DNA of 64,000 bases from Dehalococcoidia bacterium (GTDB lineage: Bacteria > Chloroflexota > Dehalococcoidia > Plut-88900). The stretch covers positions 1,216,001 to 1,280,000 of the forward strand of contig OZ240219.1 in NCBI GenBank assembly GCA_965197645.1. Reading direction: 5' to 3'. Below, piece after piece: positions 1 through 8,309 of this stretch; positions within the stretch are counted from its first letter, which is position 1, and every line of letters starts with the position of its first letter. A model generated the notes under the pieces. It ran no database searches. It was not told the origin of the DNA and was given only the letters and a program-made list of their open reading frames with translations. The position numbers were made by a program, and so were the translations under genes.

Positions 1-166
1 CATTTGCCCAAGCCTCAATTCGCTCTTCAAACAAGGGCAACTCATCCCATACCAGAGACCACGCCTGACTGTAATAGCATAGTTTTTGAAGTTTCCACGT
101 GGACATACTGCCACGCTTCTCTAAAATGTATGCGGCGACATCAAAGACTGTAGGTGGTTCAGCCAT
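1..166 (-). CDS. Panacea (DUF4065/SocA-like) antitoxin-domain protein, 3'-truncated by the window edge
   Basis: Not in ORF track. Manual translation from ATG at 166 gives MAEPPTVFDVAAYILEKRGSMSTWKLQKLCYYSQAWSLVWDELPLFEERIEAWAN, with KLQKLxYY and EAW motifs. GGAGG RBS at 176-180. Confidence 0.9.
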   Translation of the reverse strand, partial: MAEPPTVFDVAAYILEKRGSMSTWKLQKLCYYSQAWSLVWDELPLFEERIEAWAN

Positions 167-297
167 TGTATGTTTCCTCCTGTGCCCTTCAGACCCATCC
201 GGTCTACCTTGTGGGATAGGTGACCGAATTGGTCTATTGGGCATCCTGCCAACAATTCCTAGTGTAACTTCCAGGATGTGTGACGACAAGGCTCGCC

Positions 298-326
298 TTG
301 ACAACTCCCCGACCCGGTCATAACCT
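298..326 (+). promoter_or_regulatory. Putative sigma70 promoter for the CoA-transferase pair
   Basis: TTGACA-N17-TAACCT. Confidence 0.5.
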
Positions 327-391
327 TGTCATGGGTCAATCCCAGGCCTTGGAGATACGTCTGCGGTCGTTCACGCGGAGGAGATGCAGCA

Positions 392-1597
392 ATGCCGATG
401 GCGATGGAGGGCATCAGGGTCGTAGACCTGACCACCGGCCAGCAAGGCCCCGTGGCTGCCGCCATGCTCGCCGACATGGGCGCCGAGGTCCTCAAGATCG
501 AGCTTAAAGACGTGGGCGACCCGGGCCGCAACGTTCGCACCGAGGTCCCCGGCCAGGAACCCTTCCCCCTCTCCTACTACTTCGAGAACAACAACCGGAA
601 CAAGAAGGGTGTGGCCGTCGACTACACCTCTCAGGCCGGTCGAGACGTGGTCTACCGGCTGGTCGAGACCTCGGACGTGTTCCTCTCCAACTTCCCGATC
701 ACGACCCTCGAGGAGATGGGGTTCGACTACGAGACCCTGCAGGGGCGGAACCCCAAGATCATCTACGCCGTGGCGACCGCCTTCGGCCCCACGGGACCGG
801 ACAAGGACAAGTCGGCCACCGGCGATACGGTCCAGCTGCACGGCGGGGTACTCAGCCACGGCAACTCTGATGGTCCCGTTCCCTTCTGGGGTGGCCTCGC
901 CGAGCAGGAAGACGCCATTCTGATGGCCTATGGCATCGTCAGCGCGCTCATCGCCAGAGAGCGGCACGGCATCGGGCAGGAGGTCTACTCCTCCATGCTC
1001 GGCAGCCAGATCAACTGGGCGGCGCTGAACGTCCAGGGCAACCTGTTCAACGGCGTGGAACCCTGGGGCATGAGACGGGACATGCCGCTGAGCCCCGTAT
1101 GGAACTTCTATCTGACCAAGGACAGAGAGTGGATCGCCCTCGGTTTTCTCAAGGAAGCCAAGGACTGGCCCGACCTGTGCCGCACCATCGAGAGGGAGGA
1201 CCTGGAGTTCGATCCCCGGTTCGACTCCAACGCCAAGCGTACCGGCGAGAACTCCGAGATACTGTTGAAGATCCTGGAAGACCTGTTCGCTGAGAGGACC
1301 CTGGAGGAGTGGATTACCCGGATGAAACGCAGCGACATCGCTTGGTCCGTGCTCAACGACTACGATTCCCTTTCCCGGGACGAGCAGGTCGTGGCCAACG
1401 AGTACGTCGTGGACTTCGATCACCCCAAGGTCGGCCCTGTGCAGATGGTGGGTGTGCCCTTCCGGCTGCGCGAGACTCCGGGAGGTGTGAGAACACCGGC
1501 CCCCGAGCTTGGCGAGCATACCGACGCGGTGCTGACCGGCGTGGGCGGCTACTCTTCCGATGAACTGAAGGACCTGAAAAAGACTGGCGTAATCTAA
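392..1597 (+). CDS. Family III CoA-transferase (CaiB/BaiF), subunit with Glu at the catalytic Asp position
   Basis: GIRVVDLT..GP..LADMGAEVLKIE, NRNKK, APELGEHT motifs; GGAGGAG RBS before ATG 392. Confidence 0.92.
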   Translation: MPMAMEGIRVVDLTTGQQGPVAAAMLADMGAEVLKIELKDVGDPGRNVRTEVPGQEPFPLSYYFENNNRNKKGVAVDYTSQAGRDVVYRLVETSDVFLSNFPITTLEEMGFDYETLQGRNPKIIYAVATAFGPTGPDKDKSATGDTVQLHGGVLSHGNSDGPVPFWGGLAEQEDAILMAYGIVSALIARERHGIGQEVYSSMLGSQINWAALNVQGNLFNGVEPWGMRRDMPLSPVWNFYLTKDREWIALGFLKEAKDWPDLCRTIEREDLEFDPRFDSNAKRTGENSEILLKILEDLFAERTLEEWITRMKRSDIAWSVLNDYDSLSRDEQVVANEYVVDFDHPKVGPVQMVGVPFRLRETPGGVRTPAPELGEHTDAVLTGVGGYSSDELKDLKKTGVI

Positions 1598-1628
1598 GGA
1601 CGGACCGGCATAATCTAGTTACAGGTAG

Positions 1629-2852
1629 GTGATGGATATGGTTATGGCGCTGGAAGGATTCCGAATACTCGATATGACGGTGTGGCACCACGGGCCCGGG
1701 GCAGCCACCCTGTTGGCCGATATGGGCGCCGAGGTGATCAAGGTGGAGGAGCGTCTCTCCGGAGATCCGGGCAGGGCCAGCATGGGGCTCAGCATGGGCG
1801 CCATCAATTATCCCCTGTCCTACTATTTCGAGAACAACAACCGGAACAAGAAGGCCTTCGCCATCGACCTCAAGAAGGAGAAGGGGCAGGAGGTGATGTA
1901 CCGGCTCATCGAGGAGTCGGACGTTCTGCTCTCCAACTTCCGGCGCGGCGGCCTGACGAAGCTGGGCCTGGACTACGACGATCTCAGGAAGCGAAATCCC
2001 AAGCTCATCTTCGCCCACGGCACGGGACAGGGAGAAGAGGGGCCCTACTCCAACCGGGCCTCGGGGGATATCATCGGCCAGTTCTGGGGTGGGTACATCA
2101 GCTACGACAGCACCGAGGGCCCGGTCTCAGTCTGGTCGGACCTGGCAGACCGGAGCGGCGCCGTCTCGCTGGCCTACGGTACCGCGCTGGCCCTGCTGGC
2201 TCGAGAGCGGACCGGCATAGCCCAGGAGGTCAACACATCTCTACTCGGCGGGCAGGTGCATCTGGGTGCGGTCAACTTCCAGCAGCACCTGTTCGAGGGG
2301 CACGTCCCCAGTCCGGTACGAAAGAACGGCGATAACCACGTCGATCCCTTCAGCAACAACTACAAGGACTCGGACGGCGCGTGGTTCCGAATCGACGCCT
2401 CCGCGTCCGACGCCGACTGGCACTCGTTGTGCCAGGTACTGGAGTTGGACGGCGTGGAGCGAGACCCTCGCTTCGATACTGCCGACAAGAGGAGTGGAGA
2501 GAGCTCGGCGGAGCTGGTACGCCTCCTGGAGGACAAGTTCGCCGCCCGTCCCATATCCGAGTGGGAAGCCGGTCTGGACAAGAGTGGCCTCCCCTGGGCG
2601 GCTCTCAGGACCTACTCGGAGGTGCTGCAAGACCCGCAGGTGCTGGAGAACGAGTTCGTGGCCGACCTGGACCACCCCTCCCAGGGGCCGTTGAAGATGG
2701 TCGGCGTACCGGTGCAGCTGTCCAAGACCCCCGGCAAGGTGAGGATGCCGGCCCCCGACCTGGGCCAGAACACCGAGGAGATACTCACCGAGGTCTGCGG
2801 CTACACTTGGGACGAGGTCATCGAGTTCAAGGACCTGGGCGTCATCAACTAG
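1629..2852 (+). CDS. Family III CoA-transferase (CaiB/BaiF), catalytic Asp retained
   Basis: GFRILDMT..GP..LADMGAEVIKVE, NRNKK, LAD-RSG, APDLGQNT. Confidence 0.92.
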   Translation: MMDMVMALEGFRILDMTVWHHGPGAATLLADMGAEVIKVEERLSGDPGRASMGLSMGAINYPLSYYFENNNRNKKAFAIDLKKEKGQEVMYRLIEESDVLLSNFRRGGLTKLGLDYDDLRKRNPKLIFAHGTGQGEEGPYSNRASGDIIGQFWGGYISYDSTEGPVSVWSDLADRSGAVSLAYGTALALLARERTGIAQEVNTSLLGGQVHLGAVNFQQHLFEGHVPSPVRKNGDNHVDPFSNNYKDSDGAWFRIDASASDADWHSLCQVLELDGVERDPRFDTADKRSGESSAELVRLLEDKFAARPISEWEAGLDKSGLPWAALRTYSEVLQDPQVLENEFVADLDHPSQGPLKMVGVPVQLSKTPGKVRMPAPDLGQNTEEILTEVCGYTWDEVIEFKDLGVIN

Positions 2853-3139
2853 GCCACCCCAAGGCCCAACCGCTTCCCACTTCGGCGCAAGGGCTAGGGG
2901 CGCCGGGTATCTGTCCTTGTTGCAGCGAATGGCCCATCAGACCTGACGACGCCTCTCGTCCTGAGGTCCCTGTCACGTTGGCGTCTACACCCATATGCAC
3001 CAGGACGCCGTGCGCGCTGGCGCGACCGTCCGCAACCGCAGAAACATCGAGTCGCGTCCCCGGTATGGGTAGACCGGAGCGAGCTGGAGCGTTTACCCTG
3101 GCGAGTTGTGAGACTACAATACCGGGGAGGCAGTCACAA

Positions 3140-3355
3140 ATGTCAGAATCCAGGTTGAAGCAGTGGTTCACGATCGACACTATCGCGGTGGGCAACAGCG
3201 CCATCGGCCTTGTAGCAGCGGGCACCTTTAACTCCGTCGCCCTCGTTGCGGTGAGCTTCCTTAACGCCATGGGCCTGGTCGCCATCGGAGGGCTGAACGC
3301 CACGGGAGTAATCGCCATCGCCGGCGGGACCAGCAGAAGCGCGTTGCCTGTCTAG
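3140..3355 (+). CDS. Small hydrophobic Gly/Ala-repeat protein (71 aa)
   Basis: GGGGAGG RBS, ATG 3140, upstream TTTACC-N17-TACAAT; ~11-aa AxGxVAxGxxN periodicity. Confidence 0.6.
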   Translation: MSESRLKQWFTIDTIAVGNSAIGLVAAGTFNSVALVAVSFLNAMGLVAIGGLNATGVIAIAGGTSRSALPV

Positions 3356-3371
3356 TGGATGACACAGGGGA

Positions 3372-3407
3372 CCGGAGGTGGTGAGCCAGATGCCTCCCTA
3401 CCTCCGG
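3372..3407. terminator. Stem-loop between convergent genes
   Basis: CCGGAGGT...ACCTCCGG inverted repeat. Confidence 0.4.
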
Positions 3408-3412
3408 AATGG

Positions 3413-4525
3413 CTAGATATCCGAAGTTGTATTCTCTTCTTCTCTCTCTTTGACATCGTTCGCTTGTTCAGAGGGACTGAGTATTTCAGAGAGCCGTGCC
3501 CTCATACCCTCAGCATGGTCATAGAGGTCATCTAGAGTCTCTAGCTGTACATTCGTGTTATCGTCGGGTAGGCCGAACCACATACGCTCCGCTGCAAGCC
3601 GTATCCAGCAGATCGCCTTGCGACGGTTGTCGTCGAGCAGAATACTGCAGTGCCGTGTATAACGCCTGAGGCTGACGCGTTGCACCGACACCATGTCCCT
3701 GACAATGGCTTTGACGATTTGTAGAGACTCTATCTCCGCGGGAGCGAACTCCGCTTTGTCGTCGCCTTGCTCCGTGGTTTGATCTGATTCAGGTGTCGCG
3801 GTGTGCTCACCTCCTTGCGCCAATGCAGATTTCAGCCGACTATCGATACGCTCATTGATAAACTCAGTTATCGCTTGATGCGTTAGAGTTTTGAACATCT
3901 CCCTTACGCCAGAGGTGGCCACACCTTTATAAATCTGTCTGATAATGAAGCGTACAAAGTCCTCCGAAGGGCTAGAGAATTCCTCTGACAGTACTCGCTT
4001 GATCTCGGTGGTGTATTTCAGGTCTTTAGCAGCATCTACGGCCTCACTCATATCAAAGGTCGACTTGGTGAACCGCTTTAGCTCCGCGACCTGAGCATCT
4101 GTGAAGTCAAGCATGTCGAACTCGAAGAATGGGCGCGGGTCCATCACGTTGGGTTCTTCGAGGTCGGAGAAGAACCGATATGTTACGCCATCGGTGAGGA
4201 TGCCGAAACGGGCGTTCGTGACAGTGAAGTAACGAAGGAGCTGTGATATCTCTTCTTCGTCTAGGTTGCTGCCATGTTTCTTGGCCTCAATCAGAATGGC
4301 TGGCTTACCGTCTTGCATCAGGGCATAGTCTACCTTCTCACCCTTCTTGGTTCCCACATCTGCGGTGAATTCAGGGACCACTTCTGTGGGGTCAAATATG
4401 TCGTACCCGAGCATCTGAACGAATGGGAGTACGAGCGCGCTTTTCGTGGCTTCTTCGGTATCGAGATGGTTTACGCGCGTGGCAAATCTGCCTGAACGGG
4501 TCCGCACCTCATCAATGAAGTCCAC
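3413..4525 (-). CDS. Stand-alone type I restriction enzyme HsdR N-terminal (PD-(D/E)xK) domain protein
   Basis: TEEATK..LVLPF, VVPEFTADVGTKKGEKVDYA, IEAKK, QLLRYF, GILTDG..YRFFSDL; more A/T-rich than its neighbours. Confidence 0.85.
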   Translation of the reverse strand: MDFIDEVRTRSGRFATRVNHLDTEEATKSALVLPFVQMLGYDIFDPTEVVPEFTADVGTKKGEKVDYALMQDGKPAILIEAKKHGSNLDEEEISQLLRYFTVTNARFGILTDGVTYRFFSDLEEPNVMDPRPFFEFDMLDFTDAQVAELKRFTKSTFDMSEAVDAAKDLKYTTEIKRVLSEEFSSPSEDFVRFIIRQIYKGVATSGVREMFKTLTHQAITEFINERIDSRLKSALAQGGEHTATPESDQTTEQGDDKAEFAPAEIESLQIVKAIVRDMVSVQRVSLRRYTRHCSILLDDNRRKAICWIRLAAERMWFGLPDDNTNVQLETLDDLYDHAEGMRARLSEILSPSEQANDVKEREEENTTSDI

Positions 4526-4811
4526 AGGCCTCTCCTCTCTATATCAAGGGGTCTGGGAGCCCCCTCAAGTCGTCAGGATTTTCGGCGCCTACAGTTCATC
4601 CAGCAACATCAGCGTGGACAGGTCACTAACCCGTAATCCTTGCGACGCTGAAGCTACCCTCCGGGGGTGACTGATAAGCCGGGTCAACCGTACCCACTCG
4701 CCATACATCTGTCAATACGCTACAGAGGAGGCATTTCTGGAGTTGACCGGTAGAGCAGCAGCCGGCATCCGGGACTAGTGGGTGGGGCCTTCTCGTACCT
4801 CTGCCCCGTAC

Positions 4812-4990
4812 AGCATCCGCAGGCTCTCCCAAACCACCGTTAACCGGTCGGTAGAACAAAGGGTGTGCAGAGGGGCGATGCTCGTTTTACGGGACCGCCT
4901 GATGGAAGCCGGGAGTCTGAGGGTGTCCCTCAGAAACTATCTTATTCCCCCTTCCTGACCAGGAAGGGGGCCAGGGGGATGGTCGCGGAA
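4812..4990 (+). repeat. Dispersed palindromic intergenic repeat, copy A
   Basis: GGGTGTGCAGAGGGGC...GGGAGTCTGAGGGTGTCCCTCAG...CCCCTTCCTGACCAGGAAGGGGG...GGGGATGGTCGCG. Confidence 0.85.
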
Positions 4991-5001
4991 GCCTATACCG
5001 G

Positions 5002-5790
5002 CTAGCCGATCCGCTCCAGCACGTCGGGGAACTCTTTCAGCGTTGCCACACGGGCGTCCGGGGTCGCGGGCACACCGGCCATTGGCGCATCCCCGATGAT
5101 CACCGCCTTCATCCCTACGCTCTTGGCGCCCAGGATATCGGTCTCGGGCCGGTCTCCGATGTGCACCGCGGCGCCGGCGGGAACGCCAATAGCGTCCAGC
5201 GTCGTGTGAAAGATCGGGGCGCTGGGCTTGGCCAGCCGCTCCTCGTCGGAGAAGGTGAGGGTTTCCATGTACCGGGCCACACCCACGTCCGATAGGTACT
5301 TGCGCTGGTGGGTGCCGGGTGTCGCCCCCGAGTTACATATCAGGGCAATCTTGTAGCCGCGGACGCTGATGGTCTCCAGCGTCTCGAGGGCGTAGGGCAT
5401 CAGCGCCGGTGGGTCGACCAGGTAGGCGTCGGCGTGGTCTGCGGTGATCCGCTCCTTGATCGAGGGTGCCAGCCTGTCCGACAGCCCGCTCTCGATAAGC
5501 TCGAAGTAGATGTCCATCTGCTCGGCGAAGGGGGTATCGAGACCCTGTTGCCGGACCTCCTCGAACCCTGTTTGAGACCTCCAGTAGGCATTGGCTATGC
5601 GGTCCCTGGAGTAGCCCAGCCCGGACCGGCTCAGCGCCTCGAACGTAGCGTCGATCCGCTGGGCGGCCCGATTTCTGCCGCCCTCAAGGGTGTCGACGAT
5701 CAGGGTGTTCCAAAGGTCGAATGTGACGGCCTGGATCTTGCGCTCTTGCAAACGTGGTTCCGGGATCAATACTTGAGGAGGGAGAGGCAC
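5002..5790 (-). CDS. HAD-family hydrolase
   Basis: AVTFDLWNTL, ICNSG, KPSAPIF, HIGDRPETDILGA; start uncertain (overlaps apt). Confidence 0.88.
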   Translation of the reverse strand: MPLPPQVLIPEPRLQERKIQAVTFDLWNTLIVDTLEGGRNRAAQRIDATFEALSRSGLGYSRDRIANAYWRSQTGFEEVRQQGLDTPFAEQMDIYFELIESGLSDRLAPSIKERITADHADAYLVDPPALMPYALETLETISVRGYKIALICNSGATPGTHQRKYLSDVGVARYMETLTFSDEERLAKPSAPIFHTTLDAIGVPAGAAVHIGDRPETDILGAKSVGMKAVIIGDAPMAGVPATPDARVATLKEFPDVLERIG

Positions 5791-6278
5791 GGGTAGCTAC
5801 TCAGCTGCTCCCGGCCGTTCAGGGCCTCCAGCTCGATGAGAAAGACCAGTCCCGTAACGGTCCCGCCGGCCTGCTCGACGAGCTGCACGGCTGCGGCAGC
5901 GGTGCCGCCGGTAGCCAGGAGGTCGTCCACTATCAGCGCTCTCTGCCCGCGTTCGATGGCATCCTCGTGGATCTCGGCCCCGGCTGAGCCGTACTCCAGG
6001 TCGTACTCCACGCCTATGGAGCGGCGGGGCAGCTTTCCCGGCTTCCTCACCGGGACCAAGGGCACGCCCAACTTGTAGGCCAGCGGTCCGCCGAAGACGA
6101 AGCCGCGGGCTTCGATGGGCACTATCACGTCTATGCCTTCATCTCGGTAGATGCGGGCGAATTCGTCTATTACGTACCGGAAAGCCTCGGGAGACTGCAG
6201 GAGGGGAGTGATATCCCTGAACATGATCCCCTCCTGGGGGAAGTCCGGCACGTCGGCGATGTATCTCTTTAGATCCAC
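5766..6278 (-). CDS. apt: Adenine phosphoribosyltransferase
   Basis: PDFPQEGIMFRDITPLL, EARGF, RKPGKLP, LEYG, IVDDLLATGGT; GTG start at 6278 with GAGGAGG RBS. Confidence 0.96.
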   Translation of the reverse strand: MDLKRYIADVPDFPQEGIMFRDITPLLQSPEAFRYVIDEFARIYRDEGIDVIVPIEARGFVFGGPLAYKLGVPLVPVRKPGKLPRRSIGVEYDLEYGSAGAEIHEDAIERGQRALIVDDLLATGGTAAAAVQLVEQAGGTVTGLVFLIELEALNGREQLSSYPCLSLLKY

Positions 6279-6399
6279 TGGGTGGTCCCTCCTCGATTTT
6301 CGACTTAGCATTATAGCGATTTCCGTGGCAAAGCGAAGCCGTCCCGGTTTCCTTGTGGCCGGTTCCCCCTGTCGATATAATCTCGGCGAGGAGGCACGA

Positions 6400-7326
6400 A
6401 TGGCAAAGCTAGAATTCGGCCCTGTGTACGCCCAGATGGAGCCATTCATCGGGCCCGTGGAGATGGCCAAGCAGACCGAAGAGTGGAGCTACGACTCCTT
6501 CTGGGTTCCGGACTACGTGCACAGGCCCTGTTTCGAGGCGTTGACCGCGCTGGCAGCGGCCGCACCGGTCACCAAGCGGATCAAGCTGGGCAGCGCGGTG
6601 ATGGTCCTACCCTACAAGCACCCGGTGATGATGGCGAAGACGGCCCTCTCCATCGACGTACTGTCACAAGGAAGGTTGATACTGGGCGTGGGGCTCGGGG
6701 GCACCCGGCCGGAGTTCGACTCTTTCGGGCTGGACTTCAAGGACAGGGCAGCCATGTCCGACGAGGCGATGGAAATCATCAGCCAGCTGTTCACCGGCGA
6801 AGAGGTCAGCCATCAGGGCAGGTTCCATCAGTTCGACGGCCTGCAGCTGGGGCCTGCATCCGTGCAGAAGCCCGTGCCGATGTGGGTCGGCGCCGGATGG
6901 AACGATGGCGTGGCGCCGGGCGCGATAAGGAGGACGGGACGCTACGGAAACGGTTTCGTTCCAGTTGGCATACCCCCCGACGGCTATGCCCAGGCCAAGG
7001 AGCAGATCGCCCGGGAGGCCGAGTCCTACGGCAGAGACCCCTCGGGTTTCGAGTGGGCGCTGTTCCTGTGGGTGTGCGTCGACGACAGCATAGAGGCGGC
7101 CCGAGAGGTGGTCGATAAGGAGATGCTACGGAGGTTCGGGCGCACCCAATCCGCCGAGTCGCTGCAGGGGCTGGCCTGCGGGACGCCTGCGGACTGCATC
7201 CAGGTGATCGAGGAGTATGCGGAGGTGGGTGTAACCCACTTCGTTCTGGACGCCATCTGCCCGCCTTCGGACATGCTCCGCCAGTACGAGATCATGGCCA
7301 AGGAGATAGTGCCCCGCTTCAGGTGA
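6400..7326 (+). CDS. LLM-class (luciferase-like) flavin/F420-dependent oxidoreductase
   Basis: YDSFWVPD, AAVTKRIKLGS-like, HPVMMAK..DVLSQGRLILGVGLG; GAGGAGG RBS; TTGTGG-N17-TATAAT upstream. Confidence 0.92.
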   Translation: MAKLEFGPVYAQMEPFIGPVEMAKQTEEWSYDSFWVPDYVHRPCFEALTALAAAAPVTKRIKLGSAVMVLPYKHPVMMAKTALSIDVLSQGRLILGVGLGGTRPEFDSFGLDFKDRAAMSDEAMEIISQLFTGEEVSHQGRFHQFDGLQLGPASVQKPVPMWVGAGWNDGVAPGAIRRTGRYGNGFVPVGIPPDGYAQAKEQIAREAESYGRDPSGFEWALFLWVCVDDSIEAAREVVDKEMLRRFGRTQSAESLQGLACGTPADCIQVIEEYAEVGVTHFVLDAICPPSDMLRQYEIMAKEIVPRFR

Positions 7327-7398
7327 GCCGCGAGGCGGTCCACTCGTAGCGACTGGACCGCCCTCGACGCTGGTACACCCCTAGAAGGCCGATGAACA

Positions 7399-8174
7399 AT
7401 GGGGTGTGCAGAGGGGCAAAGCCCCTTTGCCGGTCAGGAAAAGCGCCCCACCCCAGATTGCTTCGCTCCCTTCGCCCCCCTCAGGAACAACTCCCCTGTT
7501 GCTCGCAACGACGGCCTCATCATTGCGAGACCCGACAAAGTCGGGGCGTGGCAATCTTGCCAGGTCTGGCGGTTGACCGGGCGGAGTCGTATCCTCCCAC
7601 CCGCCCCGGATCGCGTCCGACGGCTCTCCCCTTTAACTGCCGCCGGCGGGTTGATAGAACATGGGGTGTGCAGAGGGGCAAAGCCCCTTCCCGGTCAGGA
7701 AAAGCGCCCCACCCCAGATTGCTTCGCGCCTTTCGACCCCCTCAGTAACAACTCCCCCGTTGCTCACAACGACGGCCTCATCATTGCGAGACCCGACAAG
7801 GTCGGGGCGTGGCAATCCTGCCAGGTCTGGCGGTTGACCGGGCGGAGTCGTATCCTCCCACCCGCCCCGGATCGCGTCCGACGGCTCTCCCCTTTAACTG
7901 CCGCCGGCGGGTTGATAGAACATGGGGTGTGCAGAGGGGCAAAGCCCCTTCCCGGTCAGGAAAAGCGCCCCACCCCAGATTGCTTCGCTCCCTTCGAACC
8001 CCTCAGGAACACCTCCCCCGTCGCTCGCAACGACGGCCTCGTCATTGCGAGACCCGACAAAGTCGGGGCGTGGCAATCCTGCCAGGTCTGGCGGTTGACC
8101 GGGCGGAGTCGTATCCCCCCGGGACTGCATCCGACGGCTCCCCCCTTTAACTGCCGCCGGCGGGTTGATAGAAC
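7399..8174 (+). repeat. Tandem array of three ~260-bp composite palindromic units (262, 261, 253 bp)
   Basis: ATGGGGTGTGCAGAGGGGCAAAGCCCC recurs at 7399, 7661, 7922 and 8175, with near-identical intervening sequence. Confidence 0.95.
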
Positions 8175-8300
8175 ATGGGGTGTGCAGAGGGGCAAAGCCC
8201 CTTTGCCGGGAGTCTGAGGGTGTCCCTCAGAAACTATCTCTTTTTTCTTTCCCCTTCCTGGCCAGGAAGGGGATCAAGGGGATGGTCGCGAAAGGTTGTT
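8175..8300 (+). repeat. Dispersed palindromic repeat, copy B (end of the tandem array)
   Basis: Three hairpins: AGGGGCAAAGCCCCT, CTGAGGGTGTCCCTCAG, CCCCTTCCTGGCCAGGAAGGGG. Confidence 0.9.
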
Positions 8301-8309
8301 TCTACACCC

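Noticed and set aside
7399-8217. 272-aa repetitive ORF and overlapping ORFs
   Set aside because: The frame stays open because of GC-rich palindromic repeats (one unit is 261 bp, a multiple of 3); no RBS, and the same sequence is non-coding elsewhere.
7399-8300. CRISPR or other guide array
   Set aside because: Whole ~260-bp units are near-identical, there are no unique spacers, and no cas-like gene is nearby.
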